DNA of 64,000 bases from a virus, in the IMG/VR virus record IMGVR_UViG_3300001533_003144, positions 55,996-119,995 of that record, one strand, 5' to 3'. The notes under the pieces were generated by a model that saw nothing but the letters and a program-made list of their open reading frames with translations, had not been told where the DNA came from and made no database searches. Shown in pieces: positions 1 to 8,399 of this stretch. The position numbers were made by a program, and so were the translations under genes. Positions within the stretch are counted from its first letter, which is position 1, and each line of letters opens with the position of its first letter.

Positions 1-2
1 TG

Positions 3-2072
3 AAAACTCTTTTTGGTTCTTCATCGGATACTCTTGACTATTTTCATCAAACGGAAAATAATGACAATCAGATAGGTATGTTTGATGCCGGTATTGGAAC
101 GTCACGCAAGGTATTTTTTACTTCTGCTTTTTTGATTGATAACACATACCATATTGATAGTTCGTACAGTAAGACTACTAAATTATGGACAATTACAAGA
201 ACTAACCTAACAAGCGGAGTCGATAATGAAACTGCGAATATAGACTGCACTGGATATAATTTCGACCTGCAAATTAATAGACTATTCTCAAGAGGTTATG
301 GCGATAGATTCTTACCCGACTCTATTTGTTGTCTTAAAATGTCAATTGATGGTGTATTAGTAACTAACTACCCTTTAGAGCTGTCGGGTTATGACATATC
401 AGGAAACGCCAACCATCTAACCAATTACGGTGTTGACCTTGGAGCAACCTACGAAAACGCAAACGGTGTATATTCCTACAATCTTAACAACGGTTTCGAC
501 CTCTACTCTAAAGACGGAACAGACCCAGTTGAATACATGGAAGTCCCCTATGTGGACGGTTCACCAGTTGTATCATCTGTCACAGGATATACAAAGGTAT
601 CAGAACACCCAGCGGGATTCCATTTTAACAATTCTTCTATCAAGTTCGTGCCTTTTTCAACAGGACATGACGGAACTGGATGGGTGGTTCCGCAGGAGAT
701 AAAGGATATAGATACGGACTTTATATTACATAACGAAACAACAGGCTATGCAATTGAGTTCGATAGAGATACCATACAGGATATATTGACAGCGGACAGC
801 GATTATGTATTCATAGACCTGTCCGAAGAAAATAAAGTCAAAAATCTGATGCTCTACAGAGAACCGTTGACAGGCGTTGAGCTTGTAAAAGCAAGGAAGT
901 TCTGCAACTATGAGGAGTCGTGGGATAATGTTACTTTGAATTTGACACTTACCACAACTTCTGATTCCGAATCTGTTTCGATTGAAAAAGTTATGTTGAG
1001 CGAAGAGAGTGAGATTGACTGGGGTGATGGTAATACAACAACTCTTAATGCTGAAACTGATTATGTACCGCTGTCACATACATACGCAAGTGCAGGCAGT
1101 TACACTGCCAAGATCAAGAAACCGAGCAGTATAACTCAGATATGGATTCGTAACAACAAAATAAGCGGTTTCCATTCCGCTCAGTTGAGGTTTGCAGATG
1201 TCTATGATCTTAGATGCAATAATCTTGGCACTGCAAAAGAATGCGTGGTGAAATCGGAGCACATGACTTCTTGGATAGGGTATTATTGGATGTTACACTC
1301 AATGCCGAGCGGAACCTATAATATCGACAGTTCAGACCTGACATCTTGGACAGGGTATTATTGGCAGTTACACTCAATGCCGAGTGGAACATACAACATA
1401 GACAGTTCGGACATGACATCATGGACTGGGGGTTATTGGCAGTTATACTCAATGCCGAGCGGAACCTATAATATCGACAGTTCAGACATGACATCTTGGA
1501 CAGGGTATTCTTGGCTTTTACGCTCCATGCCGAGCGGGACATATAACATAGATTCAGCCCACATGGTGGATTGGACTGGGACTGCTTGGTATCTCTACTC
1601 CATGCCGAGCGGGACATATAACATAGATTCAGCCCACATGGTGGATTGGACTGGGACTATTTGGATTCTCTACTCCATGCCGAGCGGAACCTATAATATC
1701 GACAGTTCAGACATGACTTCTTGGACTGGGCAGTATTGGCGGTTATACTCAATGCCGAGCGGGACATACAACATCGGTGCATCAACTATCAGGAACTGGA
1801 CAACGAATGAGGTTATCAATCTTTATAATTTAGAGGATTCAGTAAGTGGTCTGAATGTCCTTGCAACAGAATCCGAGTGCATAAAGGTTATTGACGACAT
1901 CTACGCAGGTAGATTGACCTTTAGAGGGACACCTGTTCTTATCCTAACAGGAACTAACGCGGATATAACCGATGCAGGAACACGAACCAAGATAGATCAC
2001 TTGAGAGCAGGCGATGACGGAGTCGATACATTTCAGCCTTGGGAAATTAATGTTAACGGATATCCAGCATAA
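3..2072 (+). CDS. Receptor-binding/tail-associated protein with PKD-like domain and 25-aa LRR-like solenoid repeats (probably 5'-truncated by window edge)
   Basis: Frame is open from nt 3 through ATG 78 to TAA 2072. PKD-like motif IDWGDG...SHTYASAGSYTAKI; seven SMPSGTYNIDS repeats. Confidence 0.65.
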   Translation, partial: KTLFGSSSDTLDYFHQTENNDNQIGMFDAGIGTSRKVFFTSAFLIDNTYHIDSSYSKTTKLWTITRTNLTSGVDNETANIDCTGYNFDLQINRLFSRGYGDRFLPDSICCLKMSIDGVLVTNYPLELSGYDISGNANHLTNYGVDLGATYENANGVYSYNLNNGFDLYSKDGTDPVEYMEVPYVDGSPVVSSVTGYTKVSEHPAGFHFNNSSIKFVPFSTGHDGTGWVVPQEIKDIDTDFILHNETTGYAIEFDRDTIQDILTADSDYVFIDLSEENKVKNLMLYREPLTGVELVKARKFCNYEESWDNVTLNLTLTTTSDSESVSIEKVMLSEESEIDWGDGNTTTLNAETDYVPLSHTYASAGSYTAKIKKPSSITQIWIRNNKISGFHSAQLRFADVYDLRCNNLGTAKECVVKSEHMTSWIGYYWMLHSMPSGTYNIDSSDLTSWTGYYWQLHSMPSGTYNIDSSDMTSWTGGYWQLYSMPSGTYNIDSSDMTSWTGYSWLLRSMPSGTYNIDSAHMVDWTGTAWYLYSMPSGTYNIDSAHMVDWTGTIWILYSMPSGTYNIDSSDMTSWTGQYWRLYSMPSGTYNIGASTIRNWTTNEVINLYNLEDSVSGLNVLATESECIKVIDDIYAGRLTFRGTPVLILTGTNADITDAGTRTKIDHLRAGDDGVDTFQPWEINVNGYPA
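1260..1784 (+). repeat. Seven in-frame 75-bp (25-aa) tandem repeats
   Basis: ATGCCGAG recurs at 1302, 1377, 1452, 1527, 1602, 1677 and 1752 (exact 75-bp period). Confidence 0.97.
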
Positions 2073-2084
2073 TAGGAGGAAACA

Positions 2085-2585
2085 ATGATAAAAATTAAAG
2101 ATTTCACCCACGAAGAACTCACAACCCTTCTGAATTCCGACACGGACTTCACCCTGGACAACACTGATAAGGTAGGAATAGAAGTTCCTGTCAGAGCGTT
2201 GGAAATAACTATTAAGAAAAAGATGTATCAGGAAGATATAATTGATACACTTGAAGGGACGCTGACAAAAGAACCAGACTGCAAAGACGGAAAGGAACCA
2301 GTAAAGAAAACCGAAATAGACTGTAAACTAGCAATTGCTCCAGACCACGAAAGAAAGATAAGGGAGTATTTCAGAGTCTATGAGGAAACAAAGGACAAAG
2401 CGATACTATTGCCTTTTATACAGGACACCAGAGGTCACGAATGCTTCACCAAAGAACAATTGAAATTTCTCCTTGAGATAACAGGCGGACAAATTGTTGA
2501 AAGACCTGTTAAAGAAGAAGCCGAAGAGACACCTGAATTACAAGTTATAGAAGGAGGGAAAGTATGTTTTATCATCCCGAACTAA
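2085..2585 (+). CDS. Hypothetical protein (possible fibre-associated protein)
   Basis: AGGAGG RBS; directly follows the repeat protein and shares its A-rich composition. Confidence 0.6.
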   Translation: MIKIKDFTHEELTTLLNSDTDFTLDNTDKVGIEVPVRALEITIKKKMYQEDIIDTLEGTLTKEPDCKDGKEPVKKTEIDCKLAIAPDHERKIREYFRVYEETKDKAILLPFIQDTRGHECFTKEQLKFLLEITGGQIVERPVKEEAEETPELQVIEGGKVCFIIPN

Positions 2586-2776
2586 ATAAAGCAACTATCC
2601 GTCCAAGAATAAAAAATGTAAGTAACCCCTCAGATGATACTATTTATCAGAAGGGTTGGATAGATCTTGTTGATGAAATCCCTGAATATAATCCTGAAAC
2701 ACATTTTATTCAGGTAAAGAAAATAAGGGTAGAGGGGGGTAAAGCATATAGAGAGTTTGAGGTAGTTTCATTATGA
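2564..2776 (+). CDS. Small protein, possible tail fibre assembly chaperone
   Basis: GGAGG RBS; GW...PEYNPETH motif resembling fibre chaperones; position after fibre-like gene. Confidence 0.45.
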   Translation: MFYHPELNKATIRPRIKNVSNPSDDTIYQKGWIDLVDEIPEYNPETHFIQVKKIRVEGGKAYREFEVVSL

Positions 2777-2928
2777 GAAAACTCTTTTTCTTAATGATTT
2801 TATTGGTTGTTTGTATTGTTGCTTTAGAGGAATGCCGTAAGGGGTGTGGAAGCTCTTACAATCCTCTTTGTTTGGTCAAGTGTTATGATCAATATAATGA
2901 ATGTAAGAGAAATGCTTCCGTATTATAG
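2773..2928 (+). CDS. 51-aa secreted/membrane Cys-rich peptide (not in ORF track)
   Basis: ATGA overlap with upstream stop; MRKLFFLMILLVVCIVA signal-like N-terminus followed by CRKGC...CLVKC...C. Confidence 0.55.
   Translation: MRKLFFLMILLVVCIVALEECRKGCGSSYNPLCLVKCYDQYNECKRNASVL
2916..2927 (+). promoter_or_regulatory. TTCCGTATTATA motif, copy 1 (putative phage-specific promoter)
   Basis: Exact 12-mer seen 7 times, always upstream of an RBS/start. Confidence 0.6.
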
Positions 2929-2965
2929 TGGTGTCCTTTGTTAATTTATTTTTTGTGAGGTTATT

Positions 2966-3286
2966 ATGCGAAATTTAGTTTTGGTTATTTTACTTGTTAC
3001 TATGTTTATTGTTGCCGGTTGTCCTACTTCTCGGATTATCCGGGGAAGTTTCCGGGATGGTAGTGGTAATTTGTACAGTTACCTTCTTGAAGATGATCCA
3101 AAGGAGAAGGTGGCTGAGGTTTCTGTTGCTTACAAAGGTAAGGAGTACCGTTGTCAGGTTAAGTACACTACAGACGATCCTAACCTGCTTGAGGTTGATG
3201 TCGATGTCAGTCAGGCGGATATTACCGGATCGGTTAAAGTTACTTATAAGAAGGTTTCGGTGCATTGTTCTCTTTTAGAAGTTTAG
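2966..3286 (+). CDS. Putative lipoprotein
   Basis: GAGG RBS; hydrophobic signal ending in lipobox-like IVAGC. Confidence 0.6.
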   Translation: MRNLVLVILLVTMFIVAGCPTSRIIRGSFRDGSGNLYSYLLEDDPKEKVAEVSVAYKGKEYRCQVKYTTDDPNLLEVDVDVSQADITGSVKVTYKKVSVHCSLLEV

Positions 3287-3296
3287 GGAGGTTACT

Positions 3297-3518
3297 ATGC
3301 CTGTTGAGATGATTCCTGTGGAAAGTTCTAACCTTTCTGCAATCGGGTACGATTCTGATACTTCTACTTTGTATGTAAACTTTCTTAATGGTAGCCAGTA
3401 TGCTTACAAGGAGGTTCCGGAAGAGGTCTTTGAAGAGTTTAAAGAGTCTGATTCTAAGGGTCAGTTTCTTCATCGTAGAATTAAGTTGGGTGGGTTTGAG
3501 TACGAAAGGGCTATTTAG
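3297..3518 (+). CDS. KTSC domain protein
   Basis: VESSNLSAIGYD...LYVNFLNGSQYAYKEVP...SKGQFL is the KTSC signature. Confidence 0.92.
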   Translation: MPVEMIPVESSNLSAIGYDSDTSTLYVNFLNGSQYAYKEVPEEVFEEFKESDSKGQFLHRRIKLGGFEYERAI

Positions 3519-3533
3519 CTTTTGGGGTTTGGT

Positions 3534-4271
3534 ATGCGTAATTTTCTGTTAGTTCTCTTGGTTATGGTTTTATTGCTTGCTCTTGGTGTTTTTGGCGCTT
3601 TTTATGGGGTTGACTTTAGTTTTATTTTTAATGACATTTCAAACTTTCTTACGGTAGCGGTGCTTCCTGGTTTTATTGCTTGGTCCTCAAAGAATCTTTC
3701 TGGACATCTAAAACAGGTAGATTTTAGGATATCTGAGACTACTCGTGAAACTACCGAGAAATATAATAAAGTTGAATCCGGGATAATGTCCTTACAGAAG
3801 GATATAGGGCACATAAGAACACAAGTGAAGCGAATGGTTAAACTAAAAGATACTAAAGCTTTTTACCGCAGAGAGTTACTTAATACACAAAACTTGTGCT
3901 TAGAATTTATGAGGTACAACGAAAACCTGTTCAAGTTTGCTTCATTAAAAGGAGACTCTTTCAGGTCTTTTGTGTTGGATGTCCACGATATGGATATTAC
4001 TGCTGATTGTGTAGAGGCCGTTATCCGTTTAGGAATAACGGTATCTGAGGAGATGAGGCAAAAGGGTTGTGCTTTGCTTGGTCAGCCTTTTATGAATGCT
4101 TTTTATGAGGAGCATTCTGTAGAAGTAGAAAAGTTTCTTAAAGACATTTGCCGGATATTTACCGATCCCGATAATTCTAAACATGAAAGGTTACAAGAAC
4201 ATAGTGTTCGGTTTTTACGGCAGTTTCTTTCGGCCTTAAATAAGTCTTTTATGGGCTTTCAAAAAAATTAA
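3534..4271 (+). CDS. Membrane-anchored protein (possible holin-like)
   Basis: Two N-terminal hydrophobic segments, then a coiled coil and a soluble domain. Confidence 0.4.
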   Translation: MRNFLLVLLVMVLLLALGVFGAFYGVDFSFIFNDISNFLTVAVLPGFIAWSSKNLSGHLKQVDFRISETTRETTEKYNKVESGIMSLQKDIGHIRTQVKRMVKLKDTKAFYRRELLNTQNLCLEFMRYNENLFKFASLKGDSFRSFVLDVHDMDITADCVEAVIRLGITVSEEMRQKGCALLGQPFMNAFYEEHSVEVEKFLKDICRIFTDPDNSKHERLQEHSVRFLRQFLSALNKSFMGFQKN

Positions 4272-4300
4272 ATAAATTCAGTTTCTTATAAAAAAGTTAA

Positions 4301-4347
4301 GGAAATTGAAAATTTCTCTTGACATAGGGTTTATAGTCCTTTATCTT
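4301..4347 (+). promoter_or_regulatory. Sigma70-type early promoter with upstream GAAATT-N3-AATTTC inverted repeat
   Basis: TTGACA 4319-4324, 17-nt spacer, TATCTT 4342-4347; nt 4301-4330 are identical to 46472-46501. Confidence 0.75.
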
Positions 4348-4376
4348 TTAGAGAGTCTATGTTGAATGGGTGTTAA

Positions 4377-4886
4377 ATGAAGCTCTCCAGGGAAGTTAAA
4401 AAACAGATTACAATCCCTCAATACTACAGGTACAAAGGATTACCTTTTCCGGAAAAGGTCGAGAAAGAAGGAGGCTTGTTTTCGTGTCAGATACACGGAC
4501 CCGATCTTAACCCTTCTGCTTTTTACAATCGAAGAGAAGGTACGATGTATTGTTTTGCTTGTGGTTTTTCTGGGGATGTCTTAGCTGTAATTAAAGAACT
4601 TGAAGGGCTTACTTCTTTCCGGGAGGTTTTATCGTTTATCTACATTACTTTTAGGATAGATCCCTCTGAAACTATTATTGAGGAGGATGGAGAAGCTGAT
4701 TACAAGGACAAGTTCAGGCAGAGTATTATTGCTGAATTCGAGCCTTTTCTGTGGGAATATATTGATTTAACTCAAGACTTTTCTGTCTTGGAAGATGTGT
4801 CTGATCTATACTCTATTGAAGATAATACTAAATTTTATAAAGCTATATCACAATTTAAGGAGAAACTAAATGCAAACCGGATTTGA
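4377..4886 (+). CDS. CHC2 zinc-finger (primase zinc-binding domain) protein
   Basis: CQIH...NPSA...YCFACGFSGD motif; no TOPRIM domain follows. Confidence 0.8.
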   Translation: MKLSREVKKQITIPQYYRYKGLPFPEKVEKEGGLFSCQIHGPDLNPSAFYNRREGTMYCFACGFSGDVLAVIKELEGLTSFREVLSFIYITFRIDPSETIIEEDGEADYKDKFRQSIIAEFEPFLWEYIDLTQDFSVLEDVSDLYSIEDNTKFYKAISQFKEKLNANRI

Positions 4887-5343
4887 TTATGTCTTAAAAG
4901 AACATCAGCTTACTCTAATCGCAATTGCTAGGCAATATGAGTGGTTGACTTTTTCGTGGGAAGATCTCTATCACGATTTAGTTTTGTATGTGGTAGAGCG
5001 GTTAGATACCTACAAAGGCAAGATGCTCAATATGAACAGTCTTGTTACTTTGCTTGCTCGAAGGTGCGTGAATGATAAGGTTAAAACCTTTTACAACCGG
5101 AAAGAAAAGATTGCTTATGTGCCTTTCATAGATGATATTTTTAAGGTGTATGCTTTTGAAGATGTTCGTCTTTTAGATATGGATATGCAGCAGATAGATA
5201 AAGTTATTAAAAGCTTCTTATTAGATTGTGCTTCTATAGGAAAAGCTAAGGCGAGGAAGGTACATTGTCTTACTTCTTTTGAGGCGGACTTCTATCTTGA
5301 ACAGGCAAGAGAGTTGTTAAAAGATTATGAGGGTATGGTATGA
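4870..5343 (+). CDS. Sigma-70/ECF region-2-like factor
   Basis: IAIARQY...EDLYHDL...LDTYKG...LVTLLARRCVND resembles sigma region 2; 157 aa. Confidence 0.55.
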   Translation: MQTGFDYVLKEHQLTLIAIARQYEWLTFSWEDLYHDLVLYVVERLDTYKGKMLNMNSLVTLLARRCVNDKVKTFYNRKEKIAYVPFIDDIFKVYAFEDVRLLDMDMQQIDKVIKSFLLDCASIGKAKARKVHCLTSFEADFYLEQARELLKDYEGMV

Positions 5344-5903
5344 CTACTTGTAAAAAATGTAAAGGAAAGGGGTTTATTTTAAACTCGGATAACAGTACAT
5401 CTTTGTGTGTATGTCAAAAAACCTTACAATTTAAAAAGGACTTGGAAGATCGTGGCTTCCGGTTAGGTATGATTAAGCCTTGGGATGTTTTAAATTCTCC
5501 TGCTGTTCATAAAATAAAATCTTTGTCTTATAAGGATATTTTTCTTATAGGTAAATCAGGTGAAACTGTTTTTTATTCTTATATGACACATCTTCTTTCA
5601 AAGGAAACCCGTACACGAATCTTTTCCAGTTCGGAACTGACTGAGATATTTCTAAGCAAGGGCTCTGAATACCAGTCTAAACTGTCTTACCTTAGTTTAG
5701 GAATAGTGTTAGGGTTTGATCTGACCAACAGTATTCAGGGAAAAGTTATGGCGGATTTTTTATTCTTCCGGAAATCAAATAAGAACTGGCAGACAGTCTT
5801 TTGGTTGCCTTACAATTCTATGAGGAGGCTGGAAACCGAGTATGGTGATGTTTTTTCGGAATATATTAAAGAAGGTGATTTAAATTTGGTTGAGGTTAAA
5901 TAA
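5340..5903 (+). CDS. DnaC/DnaI-like helicase loader (degenerate P-loop)
   Basis: N-terminal CKKCKGKG...CVC; FLIGKSGET in place of Walker A; directly upstream of DnaB. Confidence 0.6.
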   Translation: MTTCKKCKGKGFILNSDNSTSLCVCQKTLQFKKDLEDRGFRLGMIKPWDVLNSPAVHKIKSLSYKDIFLIGKSGETVFYSYMTHLLSKETRTRIFSSSELTEIFLSKGSEYQSKLSYLSLGIVLGFDLTNSIQGKVMADFLFFRKSNKNWQTVFWLPYNSMRRLETEYGDVFSEYIKEGDLNLVEVK

Positions 5904-7369
5904 TGTCTATTAAACAAGAAAAGGAAACCTTAGAAATACAATTAAAAGATCTGTTGGCTGTAGGGTTCCAATCGAGGTCTTTGGACTATTTACAGCAGTT
6001 ACTACTTATCCGGGAAGATTTTTATGTGAATGCTTATTGGTACACTCTGGTTAATGTTTGTGCCGATGCTATGATCGAGTATCGTACTGAGGAAATGTCC
6101 GAAGAATTTTTGCTCCGTTTTATTGAAAAGAAGAAACTTTTAGCAGGTCCTCTTTTGGCTTATAAAGATTTTATGGCTATGGAAGTTGAGGCTTTGAGCC
6201 TTAACAGGTTCAGGCTTGAGGTAGATATTTATATTGAAAATATGTCCAAATATCTGTTTAAAAAGTCTATCTACAACTCACTCAAGAACTGGGACGATAA
6301 TACCTATCCCAGTATAAAATCTAAGATGTTTAAGGATGTGGGTGTTATTGATACTTACAGAGGTACGGGCAGTTTGCCTGAAGGTAACATTAATCAGGAT
6401 ATGGCTGATGTTCTAATTAACATTGAGGCAGGTAAAGCTCTTACTGATCGTGGGGTACTTACCGGGTTTTCTCACATAGACTCTACAACAGGGGGGTTTA
6501 TTCCGGGAGATCTTGTTTTTATTCTTGCTTATACTTCTCAAGGTAAATCTACGATGTTACTTAATACAGGTTACAGTTGTATGCTTAATGGGGGTAACTG
6601 TGTTTATTTTGTGAATGAGTTACAATACCGTCAGGTCAAGGTCAAGTTTCTTGCTAGGCATACAGCAAACTCGGTGTTCTGGGACGGGCAGCTTAACGGT
6701 GTGGCAACAAAATCACTTGAGCAAGGTACTTTATCCAAGACCGAACTTAAAGTCGTTAAACAGGCAGCGAGGGATATAAGGACAAATAAAAAATATGGTA
6801 GAATTTATGTTGTTCAGTTACCTTCCGGATCATCACTAAACTATATTGAGGCTAAATTGACTTCATTACAGGCCACCTTTCCGGTGGATCTGGTTATTAT
6901 AGATGATTTACGGCTTTGTACTGGTGATCTTAAAGGGGATGATAAGGCGGTATTGAGTAAGGTAGTGGTTGCAGCAAAGAAACTGGCTGTAAACTTTAAT
7001 CAGGGTAAAGGTGTTCCAATTTTATCTCCTTGGCAGACAAAACAGGTTTCTTTTGAGGAAGCAAAGAATAAGGGTAGATACCCGATAAATATTGCTTCGG
7101 ACACTAATGAAGTTGAGAAACAGGGAGATGTTTTGATATGGTTACTGCAGACAGAGGATCTTAAACGGAAACACCAGATCCTTTCTGGTATTACAAAAAA
7201 CCGTATGGGTTCAACTATAGAATCTTTTGTTCTTATGGAAGAATGGTCTTATAGCTATATGTCTGAGCTTTCCGGGGTAGCTGTTGAAGTTGGTGGTAAT
7301 ACTTCTCCTGAGATTGAGTCTCCGGAAGAGTTTAAGTTTTTGTTAGATGAGGCTTTAAATATTGATTGA
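5903..7369 (+). CDS. dnaB: DnaB-like replicative helicase
   Basis: TGFSHIDSTTGGFIPGDL, Walker A AYTSQGKS, Walker B LVIIDDL, EKQGDV, KNRMG. Confidence 0.92.
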   Translation: MSIKQEKETLEIQLKDLLAVGFQSRSLDYLQQLLLIREDFYVNAYWYTLVNVCADAMIEYRTEEMSEEFLLRFIEKKKLLAGPLLAYKDFMAMEVEALSLNRFRLEVDIYIENMSKYLFKKSIYNSLKNWDDNTYPSIKSKMFKDVGVIDTYRGTGSLPEGNINQDMADVLINIEAGKALTDRGVLTGFSHIDSTTGGFIPGDLVFILAYTSQGKSTMLLNTGYSCMLNGGNCVYFVNELQYRQVKVKFLARHTANSVFWDGQLNGVATKSLEQGTLSKTELKVVKQAARDIRTNKKYGRIYVVQLPSGSSLNYIEAKLTSLQATFPVDLVIIDDLRLCTGDLKGDDKAVLSKVVVAAKKLAVNFNQGKGVPILSPWQTKQVSFEEAKNKGRYPINIASDTNEVEKQGDVLIWLLQTEDLKRKHQILSGITKNRMGSTIESFVLMEEWSYSYMSELSGVAVEVGGNTSPEIESPEEFKFLLDEALNID

Positions 7370-7572
7370 GGTGTTTTATGAAAAAACTAGACAAGTATCT
7401 TTTAAAACTGGCTAAGGAGATCGGTGTTAATGTTGTTGTTAGGTCTGCTAAGTATCCTGATAAACCTATCTTTAGATTAGAGGTAAGTTCCGATCTTTTA
7501 ACTCAGTATAATAGGCAGTGTGATGTTTACCGGTTTTGTAAAAAACACGGGATAAAGATTTTGAATGATTGA
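7366..7572 (+). CDS. Hypothetical protein
   Basis: GAGG RBS before ATG 7378; packed after helicase. Confidence 0.5.
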   Translation: MRCFMKKLDKYLLKLAKEIGVNVVVRSAKYPDKPIFRLEVSSDLLTQYNRQCDVYRFCKKHGIKILND

Positions 7573-7660
7573 GATAAGCCTATGATTAGATTTGAAAGCC
7601 TTGTGGTAAAGGAGTTTCCCGTAAAGGGGTTTACGCTTGATATAAAATATGGGGTATTAA

Positions 7661-7840
7661 ATGAAAAAAGCTTTAATGACACTGACTATGATAGATGCCT
7701 ACAATCAGATACACGATATGTTTGATACAGGTAAAGGTTGGAGGAAACCTCCTGTAGCTAACAAACCTAAGCAGGGTAAGAAAAGACCTGCTGGGAAAGG
7801 TAAAAAGGCAAAAAAATTTGGTAAAAAGAAGAAGAGGTAA
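7661..7840 (+). CDS. 59-aa extremely basic protein (not in ORF track)
   Basis: GGGG RBS; translation ends KPKQGKKRPAGKGKKAKKFGKKKKR*. Confidence 0.6.
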   Translation: MKKALMTLTMIDAYNQIHDMFDTGKGWRKPPVANKPKQGKKRPAGKGKKAKKFGKKKKR

Positions 7841-7845
7841 GTTAA

Positions 7846-8025
7846 ATGCCTTGTAAAAACTGTATGAACATGGGCTGTCCTTTCAGGTGGGTTAGAATCA
7901 CCATTAATGGGGTTCTTAGAGATCCTCAGTTTATAGTGGTAAGGCACGAAATGGCTGGTAGGTTTTTGTTTGGTTGTAAGAAATATCTACCTGATGAAGA
8001 TTTAAGGGAAGGTTTTAATGGGTAG
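7846..8025 (+). CDS. 59-aa Cys-containing protein (not in ORF track)
   Basis: GAGG RBS; MPCKNCMNMGC...GCKKY; fills the gap between neighbours. Confidence 0.5.
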   Translation: MPCKNCMNMGCPFRWVRITINGVLRDPQFIVVRHEMAGRFLFGCKKYLPDEDLREGFNG

Positions 8026-8344
8026 TTTCGAGTATGTATTATCTTCTTTTATTGAGGATTATGCTGAAGTGTTTAGAGAGGAAAAGGAAAGCGTTCGTAC
8101 CTATAGCCAGATGTGGTTATATATTTGCCACTTTACAAAGCTTCTTTATTTTCGGAGCTTTTTTGATAGAGAAACCTTTTCTATTTTTAGTGAGGTTAGA
8201 CTTCCTGTTGCAAGCAAACCTCCTATTAATTTGATAGTGTTTATGTTTATAGAATCCTATAAGGAGCGTGTTAGGGGGATACAAAATATCTCAGTTATTT
8301 CGGATAGAAACATTAGATATTACGGGTTTGATGAAGAAATTTAA
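8018..8344 (+). CDS. Hypothetical protein
   Basis: 108-aa ORF with GGAAGG RBS. Confidence 0.55.
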   Translation: MGSFEYVLSSFIEDYAEVFREEKESVRTYSQMWLYICHFTKLLYFRSFFDRETFSIFSEVRLPVASKPPINLIVFMFIESYKERVRGIQNISVISDRNIRYYGFDEEI

Positions 8345-8380
8345 AATTTCTTTTGACATTGGGGGCTGGTTTGTTATAAT
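8336..8380 (+). promoter_or_regulatory. Strong sigma70 promoter with extended -10, driving the ncRNA
   Basis: TTGACA 8353-8358, 16-nt spacer, TG-T-TATAAT ending 8380; preceded by GAAATT-TAA-AATTTC. Confidence 0.85.
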
Positions 8381-8399
8381 AGTATTAGATCTTTGAAAA

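Noticed and set aside
1260-1784. CRISPR array (regular repeats with variable segments)
   Set aside because: Units are codon-multiple, lie in an open frame, and the variable parts are homologous to each other rather than unique spacers; no cas genes.
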